A stretch of 63,145 nucleotides of DNA, counting the filler, from Diploschistes diacapsis (taxonomy: Eukaryota): assembly GCA_023645945.1 (NCBI GenBank). It is 15 parts of 15 records of this genome, joined end to end, with 100 filler letters (N's around TTAATTAATTAA, not from the genome) between each part and the next. Parts side by side here need not be neighbours in the genome. Positions count along the whole stretch, not along the records: positions 1 to 21,522 come from JALAIB010000308.1; positions 21,623 to 23,066 come from JALAIB010003085.1; positions 23,167 to 24,609 come from JALAIB010003086.1; positions 24,710 to 26,152 come from JALAIB010003087.1; 11 more parts are not named here. The stretch is one strand, 5' to 3'. A program made the position numbers and the translations under genes. The notes under the pieces are model-generated. The model was not told the DNA's origin. It was given only the letters and a program-made list of their open reading frames with translations, and ran no database searches. Position 1 is the stretch's first letter. The number at the start of each line of letters is the position of its first letter. Below are positions 13,392 through 25,362 of the stretch, piece after piece.

Positions 13392-14205
13392 GGTGTTAGT
13401 GATGCTAGGGGTGTTGGGAGAAGTAGGGGCAGAAGAGGTGGTGGCAGTAGGGGCAGTGGTAGTAGAGGTAGTAGTATTTGGAGTATTGCTGGTGGTGGTT
13501 GTGTTTGACTCAAGGTCTGTTGAGGACAATTGTCAGGATGAAGTAAGGAATAATAGGAAGAAGGGAAGAGGCACCGGTTAAATAGGAAATTGTAGCGAGG
13601 CAGATCATCAATCGCAGTCTCGACTACAGCATGCATGAATCAGAGCAGGTACCTACGATGAAAGCTTCCAGAGACCAGGGTGACATCTGATAAAAGACAG
13701 ATCGAAGCGAGGACCAGGGGGTGGTCGAGTCACAGCAATAATCTTCAAGGCGACTGCTTGGCAGGTGAACGGAAGAGAGCAGATAAAGGCCAAAGAAAAG
13801 CAAGACATCCGAAAGCGTGCACTTGAAATGATGCAGTCCGAATTGAGGAGTGGGACAGAGACTGAAATGAAACCACTATCTAGAAACCTTGCCCATAAGA
13901 TGAAAACACAGATCCAACTGATAAATGGAACCTGTATTGAAGTATTGGAAACGCCATAAAAATCAGGTTGATGATGTATTAATAGTGGAAACCAAGTTAA
14001 GGATCGAGACATCGCAATTGGACTGAATGCCTCACGATAGCGCAGGAGTCATTCCATTTCTCATGGCATACTCTTCTCGCATACTTGACATCTTGATATT
14101 CGTGGCCGGCCTCCTAACAGCACCGTCCTTGACAGGTAGCATAACCTAGCCCCAGTCCCCCAGATCATAGCACGCAAAAGCATCGCATATCGGGTCTATA
14201 GAGGT

Positions 14206-14706
14206 TTATCGGTGCTGTTTCGAACAAGTTAGCGCCAAGCTACACAGCTTTTTTTTGCACCAAGGGTAGAAGTGCGTAGGCGAGTGCGGGGCGGAGGGTA
14301 GCGACGCAACAAGAGCTGGTTGTTCGAATCCCTTTGGAGCAGAGCAGAGCGTACCTTGGTGAAGCCGATGTCTTGTGCTTTTTCCTAATGAAGGCGTGAG
14401 TCTCCGGCAAAGTCAGAAGAGAATTGACTTACCCTGAAACATTGACGACACACATTGAGTCCGTATTTCCGCACCAGACCCGCACGGTGTGTGCAGACAC
14501 GACTAGAATGAAGCAGCGCATCAGCGATGTGTTTTTGATAGATACGGTATTTGTGCAAGTGGCCCAGGCTCATCAACTTCGGGAATATGAGGTAAAAAGA
14601 TGCTTTGTTTTGTGTATGCACTTGGGCAAGGTATCTTTGCATACCATGCTCTGCTGCCTTTGCCATAGTTGCGCGGGCGCGAATACCAAACAGATTGGTG
14701 GGACAT
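14206..14706 (-). CDS. RPS29: 40S ribosomal protein S29 (uS14), 4 coding exons: 14706-14645, 14502-14433, 14384-14355, 14214-14206
   Basis: Spliced [56 protein letters not shown]; all introns GT-AG. Confidence 0.96.
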
Positions 14707-14732
14707 TGTTGCGATTTGGTGTAAAGTTGCTT

Positions 14733-14789
14733 CTGGGGAAGGGTATATCAGCATTCAAAAGTTTAGTAGATTGATCAACTTCTTCTTAC
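14733..14789 (-). other. Probable 5'-UTR intron of RPS29
   Basis: GTAAGA donor, GCTGAT branch site, pyrimidine-rich CCCAG acceptor 26 nt upstream of the ATG. Confidence 0.65.
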
Positions 14790-15693
14790 AGCTTTTACTC
14801 GAATCCTAGAGTTATGGGATGGGAGTATCGCAAGATTCGTAGATTTAATGAACAGAAAATTGGAGAGAACCGAAAGTTGAGGTCGACAAGTGTGAGGCTT
14901 GCGCCTGATAGGGCTAAACTACTTTTAACGAGAGGGCTATTGATTGGTGGACATACCGCCAACAGAACTTTTGTAGGCCACAACTTTAACTTCAATGTCT
15001 ATGGAAGCAGTTAACAAAATTCAATCGACTTCAATAACTGCGTAGGAGAGTGGGACTCCTGCAATTCAATACCACTTGTACATTCCAGGACTGGTCTCAT
15101 GATATCCGAGCCCCAACACTGATTTCATTTCGAAGCTTTGATTTAGCGCAGAGACTTTACAGATGAAAACTTCACCGAGGCTGGAGCCGATTATTCTCGC
15201 TGGTCAACAGCTCAGTCGACTTCCTGAATCAGACAGACAAGCAAACATTTAATTGAAGTTCCTCTCGCTACTGTAAGTAGCAGAGAGGTCAAAGATCAAG
15301 GGAGATATACAGAAGACACTGCACGTAGATCTTTTGAAAGACAAAAAGATGACCTTGACCAGAATACTATGACGCTTCGAAATTGCTAGAGCTTGCCGCC
15401 GCTTCTTTCCAAGGCGAGCAAGTGTGGACAGAGAAGCAAGAAAGATATATCTCAAATGGGATTCCTTCAAGACAACTCGCTTCTGTGAAGCGGAGGTTTG
15501 GCTATTGTGCCAAACCGCTGGGCTTGGAGGAGATATTCGCATTCGCTTGCTAATGAGTAGTGATTCTATAATAAGTTCCCTACTGAGAAGTTCGCGTGCA
15601 GCAGCCGAATCCTCTTTCGCTCTTGACTACCTCCGCAAATAGCCTTCATCCTGTATCAACTATCCTTATCCGAGCAAGGTTGAAGACATGTGG

Positions 15694-16541
15694 TCAGTTC
15701 TTCCACATGCTATCCGCATCTATTACACTATCAGCTTCTTCCCAGTCGACGACCTTAAGGGCTTTGGGTTGTCCTTACCTGGATGAATATCAGGCTTTTC
15801 GATGTATTCTCTCTGTTCTCGCTTCTTCGCCGAATCAACACCGAACCTCTTGTCCCTATCCGCCCATGCTTCCTTCGTCTTCTGATTAACAGTCTCCTCT
15901 CCGGTGAAGCTCATCATAAGTATCGGCTGGCCCATTGGCAGCTTGTCACCCCTGTCGACTTGCCAGAAGTGGTAAGTCTTTCCATACAACCCCACAACCT
16001 CTTCCATTTCCTTCATCTCAGCAGTATCCCATGCCGCTGACGGCACGAGAGAGGTGGAGGGCATAATCAGCATGCCAGACTTGACCTCATAGATGTGCGA
16101 ATGCCACAGCTTGCGCTCTTCTTCTGGTAGCGTCTTGTAGAGCCGAGCAGATATCATGTACTCGACCCCAATGAGACGCGCGTTGCGCTCAGTCGAGTCG
16201 TAGATAATGCATTGCCGGACATCTAAGATCGTCAGTTCTGGACGCTAGTGGGAAACCTCAGCTGTGCCAGAGCATGCCCTGTGCCCACCTTCGTTGATGT
16301 GAGAACAGTAGTGATTAGCCTCTACACATCTTTGTTTATCCGAAGCGTAGGCGTGAAAGGCGTTGAGGTGAGCACAGATGGAATGGGTAGGGCCAAATTC
16401 CTGTATCAGCTGTCAGCTCCCCATAATCTGAGACCCGCCAAATCTGCTTGCCTGTGAAAGGGAAGCTCCTGTCTCTAGAACTTGGCTTTTAGAGGACAGT
16501 GGATCCCCCTTAGCATCGTTGGTAGTGGCGATATTGTCCAT
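15694..16541 (-). CDS. DUF1264 / oil-body-associated protein (OBAP)-like, 4 exons (16541-16452, 16400-16289, 16222-15779, 15719-15694)
   Basis: [70 protein letters not shown]; the first intron has a GC donor. Confidence 0.9.
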
Positions 16542-17132
16542 TCTGATGGATAAGTAATTGAAAGCTTGTGAGTTCAGCTCGAAAGAGGTTGGAACAAAAC
16601 AAATAGGATGAGAGCAGGGTTTTAAATACTTGATTCTGCTCACTATATTCACTATATTCACTATAGTATTCACCAGGGTTAGTTACCCATGACCACTATA
16701 ATCGTCACTTCCGTACAGCATCGGTATACTCGACGTCATCATTACTTCCTCGCTCTAGAAAGTCTTTAATTGTAATAATACAGAGCTTCTATAGCGTTCA
16801 GATTTCCTAAGCCGTACTGCCTCTGACAAACAACATACACAGGGCAAACATGTAGTTCGAGGGATATCACATCAGCGACCTGAAGCGTTTGAACACTGAC
16901 GGCTCGATGTCATGCAGGTAAGAATGGGTTAGAACGTCCGCTGGGCATATTCAGTGGAACGAGCCGAGTTCGCAATGGTAAGGCAAGAACTTAAACGGAG
17001 CATATGAATCGCTCGAATTGATTTGACATCTGTGGACAAAGGTATTGCTTGAATACTTCTCCAGATATATTTTTCTCATATCTTGATGCTCCTCCGACGC
17101 CCCATTTATGAACTCCTTCTCTGAAGAAAATC

Positions 17133-18394
17133 CTACACCAAGACAGCCGCCTTCAGAATAACAGTCCTCATCCCCCAATTCGTTCCCTCGTTATTCCCAA
17201 ATTTGAATACAGCCGGAAAAACCACGCTTTGGACCTTCCTGCCCTTCAGCTCTTCCGACCTCTTCACTTGCAGCACGTCCTCCATCACGGCAGGATCAAA
17301 CATGGAATTCGTCGGCCTCTCGAACGTGAAATTCGCCCGCTGCTGAGCAAGATCAATGGCCAGTTGCTGCGCGCCAGACACGATCCGCTCGAGGCCTTGC
17401 AGACGGTTGCCGGACGCGGGAGCGTTGAGCAGAGTGGAGGCGGTATAATCGATGCGGTGAGCGAGAGCAGAGACTGCTTCGGTCTGGGAGGAGGTTCGGC
17501 CGCCGGTGGAAGAGGAGAGGAGGGACATGGTCAGAGACCGCCATTGGGAGATGGCGGCGGGATCCGCTTAGTTTAATTCAGTACGTGGAAGAGCTCCTGA
17601 ACGCTGTGATGGAGTGGGCGTGCAGCTTACCGTTTTTTGAGACGTTATCCTTCATACGCGAGTATTCTTCATTTCCAAATAAGGTACCATTACTCATAGC
17701 TTCGGCAAGGCTATCGGCTGCAATCGCTCGAAGGACGAGGAAACGTGTTCGAGGTTCCTGCATCAGGTACGAATAGTTTGGTTGCGTGCGGATCAGCGCA
17801 GATGTCAGTTCACGTGGCGGAGATGCTGCCGGTCGGCTGCTTTTGAAGTGAGTAAGAACCCAGTCACCAATTTCCTTATTAAGTCTTGAGAACCGGCTGT
17901 GCACAGTCTTGTCGTCCATGATGTGAACAGCATTCCCACCACGTCCGGACGTGAAGACTGCGCCTGGAGCTCCATGAGAGTGGGCATCTCCAGAGTTTAG
18001 GTCGTCCCGAGTGCTCTCTAGCTTGTCCTTCATGGCAAAAACCGCCGGATCGTTATCCGAGCTTGCTGCGGGGGCATATCGGCTTCCTGGGCTGGATTAG
18101 TATTTGAAGGGCTCGTTTGGGGGAGGTACGAACGTCGGTGGCGGAACAAGACAAATGCAAGAGCAGCGAGAGCTATTGCAGCTACGGCCGCTAGTACTGC
18201 AAGCCCTGCGATCAACCCAGATATTGATGGAGTTGAGGGCGACGAAGAAGCGGACGGAGACGAGGTCGGAGTTGTAGCACTGGGCCTCAATACTCCGGTA
18301 AAGGATGCACTCGAATTGCCTAGCCCTGGCTGCATTGTGGAAGGCAAGCCTGCGGATGATGAAGTTTGAACACTGGAGGATAGGGTCACTGTTC
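17133..18394 (-). CDS. Single-pass membrane protein: Ser/Thr-rich ectodomain, TM helix, cytoplasmic helical domain ending in a GrpE/MIEAP-like beta domain (5' end unresolved)
   Basis: Three ORFs join through introns 18133-18087 (GTTCGT..TACTAAT..CAG) and 17630-17567 (GTAAGC..AAG). TM helix ISGLIAGLAVLAAVAAIALAALAFVLF followed by RHRR; C-terminal motifs WRSLT, FDPAVMEDV, VVFPAVFKFG, VILKAAVLV*. Confidence 0.78.
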
Positions 18395-19153
18395 CTAGAA
18401 TGTTGCCGCCTACTCCTATAGCAAGATCCTCTGTCGTGTGAACAGGACCATAGCGTGAAATTTAAAGACTCCCGTCAGTTTCCGTTATGGTAACTGTTGT
18501 GGGTGTTGCACCACCAGGGAAGATTGTTAAAATTTGAATTGAGGTTGTCGCTATGCCCTCACAAAGTCAACGCAAAGTATGAATATGAGGATTAATTGAA
18601 GTAAAGCAAGTTTAGCACAACTTGGCGAAAAGGAGTCTATCCAGCAGCCGCAAAGCGAGAACAATCTCTAAGAGTAATCACCAGCACAAAGCAATAATAT
18701 GTTCTAACCTCCCTGGGTTCAGCTCCATCATGGATTCATGCACCATGCACCTCCCCGGTTCCTGTTTGCCTAGGGCAAGGCTGAGTGAGGTACAGTAGGT
18801 TCTACTGATTTTAATAGGACCGGATCTAAGATTGGTTCAGTTGAGGAAAAGCCAAAGCATGGATGGGGGTACAAGGGCTGTGTACTCCATGGGCTGTGCT
18901 GAGCCGAATCGTCGGCGTTTCTGTTCCCAGTAGTCAAAAACTAGAGAATATGAAGACAAGCTTGCAATCTAGTGGCTTTGATACAGACACGCCAGTCTCC
19001 TTTGCCTGACCGGTCTGACTCTCTTGCAGCACACACGGTTTGGCTAAGTTAAGGCCAGGACTCTCGCTTACACAAGGAAAAAGATGTCTTCATTCGCTGA
19101 AAGAACCTCGAAAAATCCCCTACGACCTCGTCACCGTGGTCAAAGGGGCAGCA

Positions 19154-20972
19154 ATGGCAGCATCAGTCTCAGCTTCATCGACAACGAACGGAAACGGAGA
19201 CCTGCATCGCATCGTGGTCGGCATCGACTTTGGCACAACCTTCACCGCCGTCGCCTGGGCGGAAACCTCGCGCCCTAGCCAGATCGAGCTCATCACCAAC
19301 TGGCCGACCGCGGGCGCGCTCGTCGGCGCACAGGTGCCCAGCGAACTAAGCTATCCCAACGATGGCGACACGACCAACTACTCCTGGGGGTACAACATCA
19401 GCCCGAAAGCGAAGAAAGTGAAATGGTTCAAGCTCGCCCTCGAGACGGACAGCGACATCTTCAAGCTCCCGCCCAACATCCAGCCCATCACGGTCGTCGA
19501 GCACTTCCTCACCGCCGTGTACACGCACACCATGTCGACCCTGTACCGGCGCTTCGACCGCAGCGTCATGGCCACCGCCTCGGTCGACTTCGTGCTCACC
19601 GTGCCCGCCATCTGGTCCGACGCGGCCAAGCAAAAGACCTTTGACGCGGCGCGGCGCGCGGGCATGGGCAACGAGCACAACCTCGACCTCCTCTCCGAGC
19701 CGGAGAGCGCGGCCATCTACACGCTCAAGAACATGGACTCCGGCAACTCGGCCGTCAGCGTGGGCGACCGCATCGTCGTCTGCGACTGCGGCGGCGGCAC
19801 CGTGGACGTCATCTCCTACGAGGTGCGCCAGATCCGGCCGCAGCTGCGCGTCGCTGAGGTCACCGCGGGCACGGGCGACTACTGCGGCTCGACATTCATT
19901 GACCAGGAGTTCGAGCGGCTCTTCCAGCACCGCATGGGCGCCCTGTACGCCAAAGTGCCTATGCAGAACAGGCAGCAGATCGTGAAGAACTTCGAGCTGT
20001 GCAAGATCGCCTTCCGCAACGACGCCAGCCTGCCGACCTTCTACGTCAACGTGCCCACCATGAGCGACGTGCCCGAGGCCGGCATCTACGGCGGCATGTT
20101 CGAGATCACGCGCGAGGAGATGCAGGCCCTGTTCGCGCCCGTGGTCGAGTCGGTGATCCGGCTCGTCAAGGCGCAGGTGCTCGCCGTCAGCGAGGGCACT
20201 TTCCGCGCCAACTCGATCATGCTGGTCGGCGGCTTCGGCGAGTCTGAGTACCTGTTCCAGCGCATCGAGAGCTGGGCGCGGCCCTACCGGATCCAGGTGA
20301 TCCAGCCGCGCGACGCGTCGACGGCGATCGTGCGCGGCGCGGTGATGCGCGGGCTGGAGCCGAAGCACGCGGCCGCGGCGGAGAAGACGGAAGTCCTGCG
20401 GCGCGCGCGGCGCAGCTACGGCGTGCCGACCAACCAGATGTTCATCCCGGGCAAGCACTACGACGCCGACCTGTATGTGGACCCCGAGACGGGCGAGCGG
20501 CTGGCGCGCAACCAGATCAGCTGGTTCATCCGCAAGAACCAGGTCATGGGGGACGAGGCCATATTCCGTACGTTTTTTTCGTGTAACCCCCACCCACACT
20601 TCCAATCTCCTATGCAAGGGACGAACCAAAAAAAAGAAATGTACAAGAACTAATTTTGTTTCGTGCATCCGTGTAGGCCACGCCTTCAAGCGCAACTTCA
20701 AGATCCTCACGCCCTGGAACGACCTGCTGGTCTCCTCGACCGACGACGTGCCGCCCACGTGCTGGGACGCCAGCGTCACCAAGCACTGCACCGTCGTCTC
20801 GGACCTCACGCGGCTGGACAAGAGCGCGAGCTTCGAGAAGCGCTGGCGCCGGTTCAGGAGGTACTACGTCGCCAACTACGAGCTCGCCATGGGGCTGCGG
20901 AACAATAATCTGTCCATTTGGCTGGAGTACAATGGCAAGCGGTATGGGGTCGCGGACGTGGACTTTGAGTGA
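19154..20972 (+). CDS. Non-canonical Hsp70 (HSPA12-like, actin-fold ATPase), intron 20568-20676
   Basis: GIDFGTT, LTVPAIW, SEPESAA, DCGGGTVD, LVGGFGES, IVRGA, RRSYG, WFIRK; short C-terminal domain with no helical lid and no EEVD. Confidence 0.93.
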
Positions 20973-21158
20973 GAGGCTGGGAGGAAAGAGGAGGAGATGG
21001 GAGATACGTAACGACCATCATGACGGGATCGTATGTATTTACGCAGCTATGTACATAAACGGGGGGGGGGTATCGTGTGTAAGTAACCGTTAATAGTCAT
21101 CGCTAGAGCCAATCAAGTCTTGAACACATCCTCCCCTCCCTCTGCACCGCACAGATCC

Positions 21159-21522
21159 CTAGTGTCCCCTGTACACAAACCCCGTCCGGGGATCCATATC
21201 CGGCTCGACACTACCAGACCGCTGCGCGCCGCTCTTCGGGCCGGGCACCTCGATCGACCGGCGCGGCGCGCGGGAGCGCGCGAGATGCCGCAGGTCTTCT
21301 TCGCACGGTGGCGCCTCGAAGCGGGGCTCGGGCTGCATCAGGGGGTACGCCTCGTCCGGCAGGGTGTTGTAGGCGGAGATGTCCGAGTGCTGGCGGTTGC
21401 GGCGGTACTTCTCGTCGGCGCGCGGCGCGCGGACTTTGTACTGGACGGAGAGCGAGGTGGAGAGCTCGACGGCGTGGCTGGGGGTGGGCGGCGTGAGGAT
21501 TTCTTTGTAGACGGGCATGGTT
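21159..21522 (-). CDS. 3' fragment of a hypothetical protein, truncated by the contig end
   Basis: Open frame with the same strong GC3 bias as the adjacent Hsp70, convergent with it, running to the contig edge. Confidence 0.5.
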
Positions 21523-21622
21523 NNNNNNNNNNNNNNNNNNNNNNNNNNNNNNNNNNNNNNNNNNNNTTAATTAATTAANNNNNNNNNNNNNNNNNNNNNN
21601 NNNNNNNNNNNNNNNNNNNNNN
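21523..21622. other. Artificial contig spacer N44-TTAATTAATTAA-N44. Identical spacers start at 23067, 24610, 26153, 27695, 29235, 50846, 52386, 53925, 55463, 57000, 58537, 60074 and 61610
   Basis: Identical 100-bp blocks with stop codons in all six frames. Confidence 0.99.
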
Positions 21623-22259
21623 ACGGTAAAATATCTATAAAATATATAGCTCCGGATATCAATCTTTTTATAATAAATATATATCTTACGATATAAAGCC
21701 GAGCTATAATACAACCAAGACGAATACCCGAGATAAAAATACGAATACCTATAAAAACCAAAAGATACATACATCTCCGACCGAAATATCTAGGCTAAAT
21801 AAAAATAACACTCCACGAAACACACGAGATATACATACCGAACAAGATAATTTTAATAATAAAAAACATCCTTTAGAAAGAATAGTCAAACCAACAACCA
21901 TACCTAACCCAGACATAAATAAATAGGATCAAACATCTACTAATGATCTGTAACAGCGGGGGTAGTGCCTAATAGGGTAGCGCTATCCCACTGAGCCAGA
22001 AGACTAACCACAATGCTTTCAGGAACCCCGAAGCACTGTTTCCCTATTACACTATATGTAGGTGCGTGGCTGTGGCAGCAGGCGGCAGATGTGTAACCCC
22101 GCAGGCCTTACATGATCCAACACCTAGACCTCAAACTCGCGATATCATACCGATCTTACGGACCTAAGATGCACGATTACGAAAACAATAATACCGACAT
22201 CGTGAAATTATTAAGCTAGTTAAACCACGTTTAGAAATAATAAACGCTAAAGACGTATT

Positions 22260-22602
22260 AACTATAATTAAGATTATTATAAAAAAAACCTACGATAAAC
22301 GTTATAAGACCTATTTTATAAAAATTAGAAATTATACTATATTACGTTTATATCGGAAATATAAGCTATCTATTATAATTAATATCAAGCTTTCCGTTTA
22401 ACTTACTAAACTTTTTAAAATCTTAAAACGTATTAATAAATTAATTTATAAATTATAATTATCGGATTATTATTATATTTATGATATTATTAATATTACA
22501 TATTTCGAGCCGGTATTAGATCCAATTAACAATCCTTATAACAAACGATTTTTACCGCCGCCGTCTATAACGATCGAAATCGACAAAAAATTCGAAATCG
22601 AA
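22260..22602 (+). mobile_element. RIP-mutated Ty3/Gypsy (chromovirus) integrase C-terminus and start of chromodomain
   Basis: Translates to LRLYRKYKL...KLSV*LTKLFKILKRINKLIYKL*L...IYDIINITYFEP...PPP...FEIE, a mutated form of GPFKILERVGxLAYKLELP...IHxVxxxxxLEP...EEFEVE. Confidence 0.75.
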
Positions 22603-23066
22603 TGTTATGATCTCTATCTATACAAGATATACACGAGTAGGATTAAGGTGGGTTTGGTCTCTGTTAGAAGAGGAGTGTGGTAGGAGAAGAAGATAGAGCA
22701 GTTATAGATCTTAGATTATTTCTGGAAAGAAGGTTCTTTAATGATAGAGGTAACGAATATAGATTAATTTCGAATAATCGTTAAAGATATTTATAAAAAT
22801 AAATACGTCTTTTTTTACGAAGGTAAAGTCGTGTTTATATATAATTAACTCGCTCGCCGTTTATCGTAAGCTTAACGAGCGGTATTCTCGAGGCTCGCCG
22901 TTCATAAGAATAAACGCGACCGTCGAGCGGTAGCGAAAGCTCGCTTATTTACTTACGAGAATAAGCGCGAGTAATAAACGCATCACGTGACCTCTGATCC
23001 CGTAATTAATCTATATATAAAGCTGGGATATGTTAAGTTTAGTATTTGGATCGTAATATTATCTTC
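22603..23066 (+). mobile_element. LTR of family A (starts TGTTATGATCTCTAT), inserted in the Gypsy relic, truncated at the contig end
   Basis: The same 5' sequence recurs at 56783, 60395 and 62414. Confidence 0.75.
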
Positions 23067-24449
23067 NNNNNNNNNNNNNNNNNNNNNNNNNNNNNNNNNN
23101 NNNNNNNNNNTTAATTAATTAANNNNNNNNNNNNNNNNNNNNNNNNNNNNNNNNNNNNNNNNNNNNGGGCGGGGTTGCTGGTGAGGGGCGGTAGGTAAGG
23201 GGTGATAGATAAGGATAAGGGTGCTTGAGGGGGTGCTTCACGCGGTCGATTGATTGTCGGTTTCGAGGATGCCGACGAGGTCGAAGGGGAAAGTGCAGGA
23301 CAAGGGAAGGCAAGCAAGTGGCATTCGAGCGAGGAGGTCGAGTCGGTCGGGGGAAGAATAAGGAAGGGGGGATACAGACGATTTTGTTTTTCGCTCGGCC
23401 TCTGGCTCCTGGCCTTTGGCATCGGCTTGGCTTGTTGTTAGAGAGTAATACGGGAGCGTCCCGTGCATTACGTGTATCCTCTGCATTAGATGCATCCTTT
23501 TAAATTTTGTGCATTCGAGATATATATCCTCAGTATCCTTTGTGTTAAAAAGGGTGGAAGGAATGATCCCTAATTAGGTAATATTGGGTAATGGAATAAA
23601 TGCTAGTGTGCTTGCGGTAATACAATAATAATATATTATTATTGTAGGAGGTAAAGAATGTAATGAAGATAAAGATAACGCTAATAAAAATAGAGAGGTT
23701 TAGTAACGCTGTCAATGCGCTCGCTGCGTAAGTCTGGGTGTGGCTGGCGCTTTTTTTGGGGCCGTAACAATAAACTAATCCAAATTAAATAATATATTAA
23801 AATATAATCATTTTACGTTTTTAAAGATATATTTTAAAGGGCCGTAAGGCCTTTATTATTTTTATTTTTTTGTTACTCCTAAAAACAAAACACGAGGCGC
23901 TAAAAAAAGCAAAGGGTAAAAAGATACGAAAATATCTGTCAGTATAGACTCAAATTGTAGTGTGTGTAGAAGATAGTATTTCAAAAGCTACTGAGGGCAG
24001 CGAGCCCTTTATAGATACCAGGTATGTGGATGCCTAAAGGCATCGTGGCCCATTGCGTCACAAGCGACAGCAGCGAGGGCAGGTGCAAGCGAACCCCCTA
24101 GTAACAATAGCAGTAGCAGTGGCAGTAGCAACAGCTAATAGCCATAGCAGCTACTACAATATCCACCGACACAAAATGCTTATGTCTATATAAGTAATAT
24201 CCCAAACAGATACCGAATAAGCGAGATAAAACCCTCGACATTTGTCCCAAAATATTTTAACAATATACCTAATATTACTATCCTTTTCTTCTATTATTAA
24301 AACAACTTTGCTCTTTTATCAAGATTATTTTTATAGCGTAGACATAGTCCCTATTTTATATCCCTTATAATCCTATATCTACGGCGTCGTTGTGCCTTTG
24401 TTTAAACTCGGCGATCCGGTTTATTAAATATTTCTATAATTCTCGATCC

Positions 24450-24609
24450 GTGATCTATATATTATTAATATCGTATATTTCGAGCCGGTATTAGATTTAA
24501 TTAACGATCTTTATCGCCGACGATCTTTGCCGCCGTTATTTATAATAATAAGAATTAAGAAAGAATACGAAATAAAACGGTTCTTTATTAAACGCCGTAT
24601 ACGTAAAGG
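24450..24609 (+). mobile_element. Second RIP-mutated Gypsy integrase/chromodomain fragment
   Basis: Homologous to 22490-22600 (TATTTCGAGCCGGTATTAGAT); encodes EYEIKRFFIKRRIRK (chromodomain start). Confidence 0.65.
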
Positions 24610-25362
24610 NNNNNNNNNNNNNNNNNNNNNNNNNNNNNNNNNNNNNNNNNNNNTTAATTAATTAANNNNNNNNNNNNNNNNNNNNNNNNNNNNNNNNNNN
24701 NNNNNNNNNATTATAAACCCGGATTTATATCTATTTTATTACGTTCAATCGTTTATTAAAATTACGTCTCCCGGTAGTTAATACGGACACGAACGCGAGC
24801 ATCGATTACGTTATTTAACGTAAATTAAATCGAAAAAATCTAAAAGTTTAAAATTTAAATTATAAAACCTTAAAGTAAACTGATTTAAAAATAAAAGTTA
24901 TATTACTTTAAAAGAACGCGAGACTTTAATACGCTGACCTAAAATAGACCTAAATAAGAAATAATTAGATCCAGATATCATTTATATAGGCCAACGAAAA
25001 ACAACCTTCTTCTCTTTCTCGCCAATATCGAAGTTTAATTAAATTATATTAAACCCTATCGATCATCTATTAACTATTGAAATCCAACCGAACCGCTATC
25101 TTCGTTATTAGATTTATTTAATCCCTTCGTTAATCATCGATATTCAATTATATGAAACGCCAGCGCAGGAAAGGATGCTACTCTACCGGGGGCTGAGCCT
25201 GATCCGGAAGGATTAGGTGTAGCTTGGGCATCTACAGGTAAAAGGTCTCGATTCGAAAAGCTGAAAAAGAAACTATTTAGATGGGAAAAAGGCACCGTTA
25301 AGTAGTATGGATGCTAGACCTACCGGGGTTCGGGGATTACCCATCTACACAGCCACCTCCTG

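Noticed and set aside
14270..14341. GTTCGAATCCC...GGAGCA as a tRNA 3' half inside an RPS29 intron
   Set aside because: Only a B-box-like word; the T-stem does not pair and there is no matching acceptor or D arm upstream.
19346..20821. 491-aa antisense ORF over the Hsp70
   Set aside because: Expected shadow ORF of a gene with extreme GC3; no recognisable motifs.
21567..21578. Recurring TTAATTAATTAA at ~1.5-kb spacing as a repeat array or CRISPR
   Set aside because: Always flanked by 44 N on each side; it is an artificial six-frame-stop linker.
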